Positions 60,001-64,000 of a stretch of DNA of 64,000 bases are shown one piece after another. This DNA is from Heteronotia binoei. Lineage: Eukaryota. The notes below the pieces were generated by a model. That model was given only the letters and a program-made list of their open reading frames with translations. It made no database searches and was not told the origin of the DNA. The DNA lies in assembly GCF_032191835.1 (NCBI RefSeq), contig NC_083233.1:35278001-35342000 (forward strand), in the 5' to 3' direction. Within the stretch, counting starts at the first letter, position 1. Each line of letters begins with the position of its first letter. A program made the position numbers and the translations under genes.

Positions 60001-61924
60001 GTTTATATGGTGGTAAAATGGCATGTTTTTGACTTCCTGGTATGTGAATATTAGCTTTTGAATACTTTGCACAATCCCAACTAAGAAACACTTTCACATC
60101 TCCAGTCAGTATTTTCCTAACATTTACTTCACTGTCTTAGACTTCCAGGTTTGCATATCACACTGTATAAATGTATGAGTTTTGATGGAGAAAAATCTAC
60201 CAAAGGTCTAGTGAAGGGGCACAGCAGGCTGATTTTCTCCTCCTCTCCCTCGTCTTCCTCTGCTCTGTTGTTAATCTTTGTACTGGAGATGCTGTGTAGG
60301 CCATGGTTAGCTTTCACATTATTAGTTACATAATGTGGGCATCAAGCAATTTTTAAAAAGAAGTGGAGAGGAGTGTGCCATCTAGGGCCTGGTTCTCATA
60401 CAGATGGTTTCTTTCAGACCTGGACCAAATATTGTACATAAATATTCTGGGGCAAATAAGCGTGCTTTCTGGAATGGTAGAGCCCTTCCCCCACCCCAAA
60501 AAATTATTCTGGGTTTTTTTTCACCCTGTTTTTAAGGACTGTTGACATCTTCATGGAACATACAATAAAGGCATGATTAATCTATTATGGCTTCTGTCTT
60601 CTCACTGCACATATAACCTAATCTATATTTGGTGGTTCTCTTTCTGAAGAGCATTCCTGCTGCATCAGACCAAGGTCCATCGAGTCCAACATTCACCACA
60701 AGAAGCTCAATAAAGAGCAAGTGCTAGGTGGTCAAATTTGGGGAGATGTCATCAGTGGACTGCAATCTATCTTCCGTCCACCCAGTTAGAAGATGCAGCT
60801 GACCTAACTGATTCTTCTTAGGGTGCTCCTAAACTTCTGCAAATGTCACTTTTATTAAACCTTTTACTCGTGCAGCTATGGTAGTAGTCTTTGCACATTT
60901 CCCATACATTTATGCTTTGTCTGCCCAAAATTCTGAGTTTATCACCCCCCACCTCAAAAACATAAACTTTGTGTTATTGTGAACTAAGATGTGATATGGT
61001 GAAGCACATTTGGTTGTAAAATGTGGGGTGGGGGTGTAGGATTTCTTGTGCTTCTGGGAGAAGGTGTAAGGGTAATTACCCATCAATGTTTCCAATACTC
61101 TTTAACTTCTACCCCAAGATTCTGCATAACTGAAGCCAGCTAACTAAACTTTCCTCTTGCTCAAAATCCAGATGCTATGAGTTGGATTCAAGGCAGTGTT
61201 TCTGCAGCTACAAGGAACTGAAGACACAGGACTCTCACAGAAAACTTAATTTCTGTGTCAGACTATCCCCAAATCATGTTGAGTGAAGCATCATGCTCTA
61301 GTTTCAGAGGGTAGGCATGTTGGTCTGTGAGTAGAACAGATTTGAGTTCACCTTAGAAGAATAAGCTTTTAAGAATCTAAGCCCCCTTTGTTAGACTACT
61401 CATGTCTGATGCAGGGAACTTTGACTCTCAAAAGCTTATATCCTGAAACTCTTGTTGGTCTCTAAGGTGTTACTGAACTCAAATCTCACGTTATCATGAT
61501 CTGTGTGTTCTTATCCCCATCTGTCATGATCTGAGACCTAGTGCAGTCTAGAGAGCAGGGAGAAGCGTGCTTATGAGTAGATACAGGGGCCTAATCTCCC
61601 AGGATTCCTTCTGTCCCTCTGATTGGATGGCAGAGTTTTGGAGGGAAAACTGGCCAAGAGTTTTGGAGGGGAAACTTGGAGGAAAGCATAAAATGGGTGT
61701 CGAATCAGGCCCTTGGAGGGCTCCTATCAGGCCTCCGAGCAACTGGCTGTTGTCTGCTTCTCTCTCCCTCTCGTTTCCTTCTGCATCACTGCTTGCTTTG
61801 TCAGTCTTTCTCAATTTCACAGGAGCTACAGAGCAAAGCCTCTATTTTCTCCATTGGCCGCGAATCCTCCCTTGTTGAAGAAGGGGGGGGGGGAGATAGC
61901 TCGCTTTGCCAGCGTCTCTCAATT

Positions 61925-64000
61925 AAGAACATAAGAACATAAGAGAAGCCATGTTGGATCAGGCCAACGGCCCATCCAGTCCAACATTCTGTGTCACACA
62001 GTGGCAAAAATTTTTATATATGCACACACACTGTGGCTAATAGCCACTGATGGACCTGTGCTCCATATTTTTATCTAAACCCCTCTTGAAGGTGGCTATA
62101 CTTGTGGCCACCACCAGCTCCTGTGGCAGTGAATTCCACATGTTAATCACCCTTTGGGTGAAGAAGTACCTCCTTTTATCCGTTTTAACCTGTCTGCTCA
62201 GCAATTTCATCGAATGCCCACGAGTTCTTGTATTGTGAGAAAGGGAGAAAAGTACTTCTTTCTCTACTTTCTCCATCTCATGCATTATCTTGTAAACCTC
62301 TATCATGTCACCCCACAGTCGATGTTTCTCCAAGCTAAAGAGTCCCAAGCGTTTCAACCTTTCTTCATAGGGAAAGTACTCCAGCCCTTTAATCATTCTA
62401 GTTGCCCTTCTCTGGACTTTCTCCAATGCTATAATATCCTTTTTGAGGTGCGGCGACCAGAACTGCACACAGTACTCCAAATGAGACCACACCATCGATT
62501 TATACAGGGGCATTATGATACTGGCTGATTTGTTTTCAATTCCCTAATAATTCCCAGCATGGCGTTGGCCTTTTTTATTGCAAACGCACACTGTCTTGAC
62601 ATTTTCAGTGAGTTATCTACCACGACCCCAAGATCTCTCTCTTGGTCAGTCTCTGCCAGTTCACACCCCATCAACTTGTATTTGTAGCTGGGATTTTTGG
62701 CCCCAATGTGCATTACTTTGCACTTGGCCACATTGAACCGCATCTGCCACGTTGACGCCCACTCACCCAGCCTCAACAGATCCCTTTGGAGTGCCTCACA
62801 ATCCTCTCTGGTTCTCACCACCCTGAACAATTTAGTGTCATCTGCAAACTTGGCCATTTCACTACTCACTCCCAACTCTAAATCATTTATGAACAAGTTA
62901 AAGAGCATGGGAGCCAGTACCGAGCCCTGCGGCACCCCACTGCTTACCGTCCTCCACTGCGAAGACTGCCCATTTATACTCACTCTCTGCTTCCTATTAC
63001 TCAGCCAGTTTTTGATCCACAAGAGGACCTGTCCTTTTACTCCATGACTCTCAAGCTTTCTAAGGAGCCTTTGATGAGGAACTTTATCAAAAGCTTTCTG
63101 GAAGTCAAGGTAAACAACATCTATCGGGTCTCCTTTGTCCACATGTTTGTTCACCCCCTCAAAGAAATGTAACAGGTTAGTGAGGCAAGATCTTCCCTTG
63201 CAGAACCCATGCTGAGTCTTCCTCAATAACCCGTGTTCATCAATGTGCCTTCCCATTCTGTCCTTGATAATGGTTTCTACCAACTTTCCCGGTATTGAAG
63301 TCAGACTGACTGGCCTGTAATTTCCCGGATCTCCTCTGGAGCCCTTTTTAAAGATGGGGGTGACATTTGCTACCTTCCAGTCCTCAGGAATGGAGGCAGA
63401 TTTCAATGAAAGATTACAGATTTTTGCTAGAAGATCCACAAGTTCAACTTTGAGTTCTTTCAGAACTCTCGGATGTATGCCATCCGGACCCGGTGACTTT
63501 TAGTTTTTAATTTGTCTATCAGTTGTAGGACCTCCTCTTTTGTCACCTCAATCTGACTCAGGTCTTTCAACACCCCTTCCAAAATTAGTGGTTCTGGGGC
63601 GGGCAAAAAGTTCTCGTCTTCCACCGTGAAGACGGAGGCAAAAAATTCATTTAGCTTCTCAGCCATTTCCCTGTCCTCCTTCAGTAATCCTTTTACCCCA
63701 TGGTCATCCAAGGGCCCCACTGCCTCCCTGGCTGGTTTCCTACTTCTAATATATTTGAAGAAATTTTTATTGTTGGTCTTTATGTTTTTTGCAATATGCT
63801 CCTCATAGTCCCTTTTTGCCTGCCTGATCACAGTCTTGCATTTGATTTGCCACAGCCTGTGTTCCCTTTTACTAATCTCACTTGGACTGGTTTTCCACCG
63901 CTTAAAGGAGTCCTTCTTACCTTTTACAGCTTCCATTACTTTGTTAGTTAACCATGCAGGCCTTTTCTTATGCCTGTTTGTGCCTTTCCTAACTTGTGGT
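61925..64000 (-). mobile_element. CR1 LINE, ORF2 reverse-transcriptase region with two frameshifts; continues past the window end
   Basis: ORFs 63460-63936, 62513-63439 and 62037-62513 lie in three different frames and contain PGNYRPVSLTS, YLDFQKAFDKVPH, GVPQGSVL, FADDTKL and HLEYCVQFWSP; 3' (aagaacat)n microsatellite at 61925. Confidence 0.95.

Overview
Vertebrate genomic DNA, most likely a gekkotan lizard (inferred from squamate-type SINEs, BovB, CR1 and hAT MITEs). It is orthologous to the human Xq24 block SLC25A43-AKAP17B-PGRMC1-(KIAA1210). Host genes: SLC25A43 exons 1-3 (minus; remaining exons not found and probably left of the window), a complete 923-aa AKAP17B (plus), a complete 191-aa PGRMC1 (minus), and a CpG-island start of a further plus-strand gene near 54.8 kb. 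The PGRMC1 upstream region (38-50 kb) is a dense mobile-element zone: a BovB fragment, a nearly intact hAT transposase with one nonsense codon, one surviving TIR and an ETS-CRE-like 55-bp subterminal array, a Penelope GIY-YIG fragment, and a 600-bp palindrome carrying two hammerhead-ribozyme relics. A CR1 LINE closes the window. The most interesting hypothesis is a divergent, ATG-bearing exon at the PGRMC1 promoter that is phase-compatible with the left-end-deleted hAT transposase, i.e. a possible nascent host-transposase fusion. This is inference only and needs RNA evidence. All exon boundaries were read by eye; no database searches were run.
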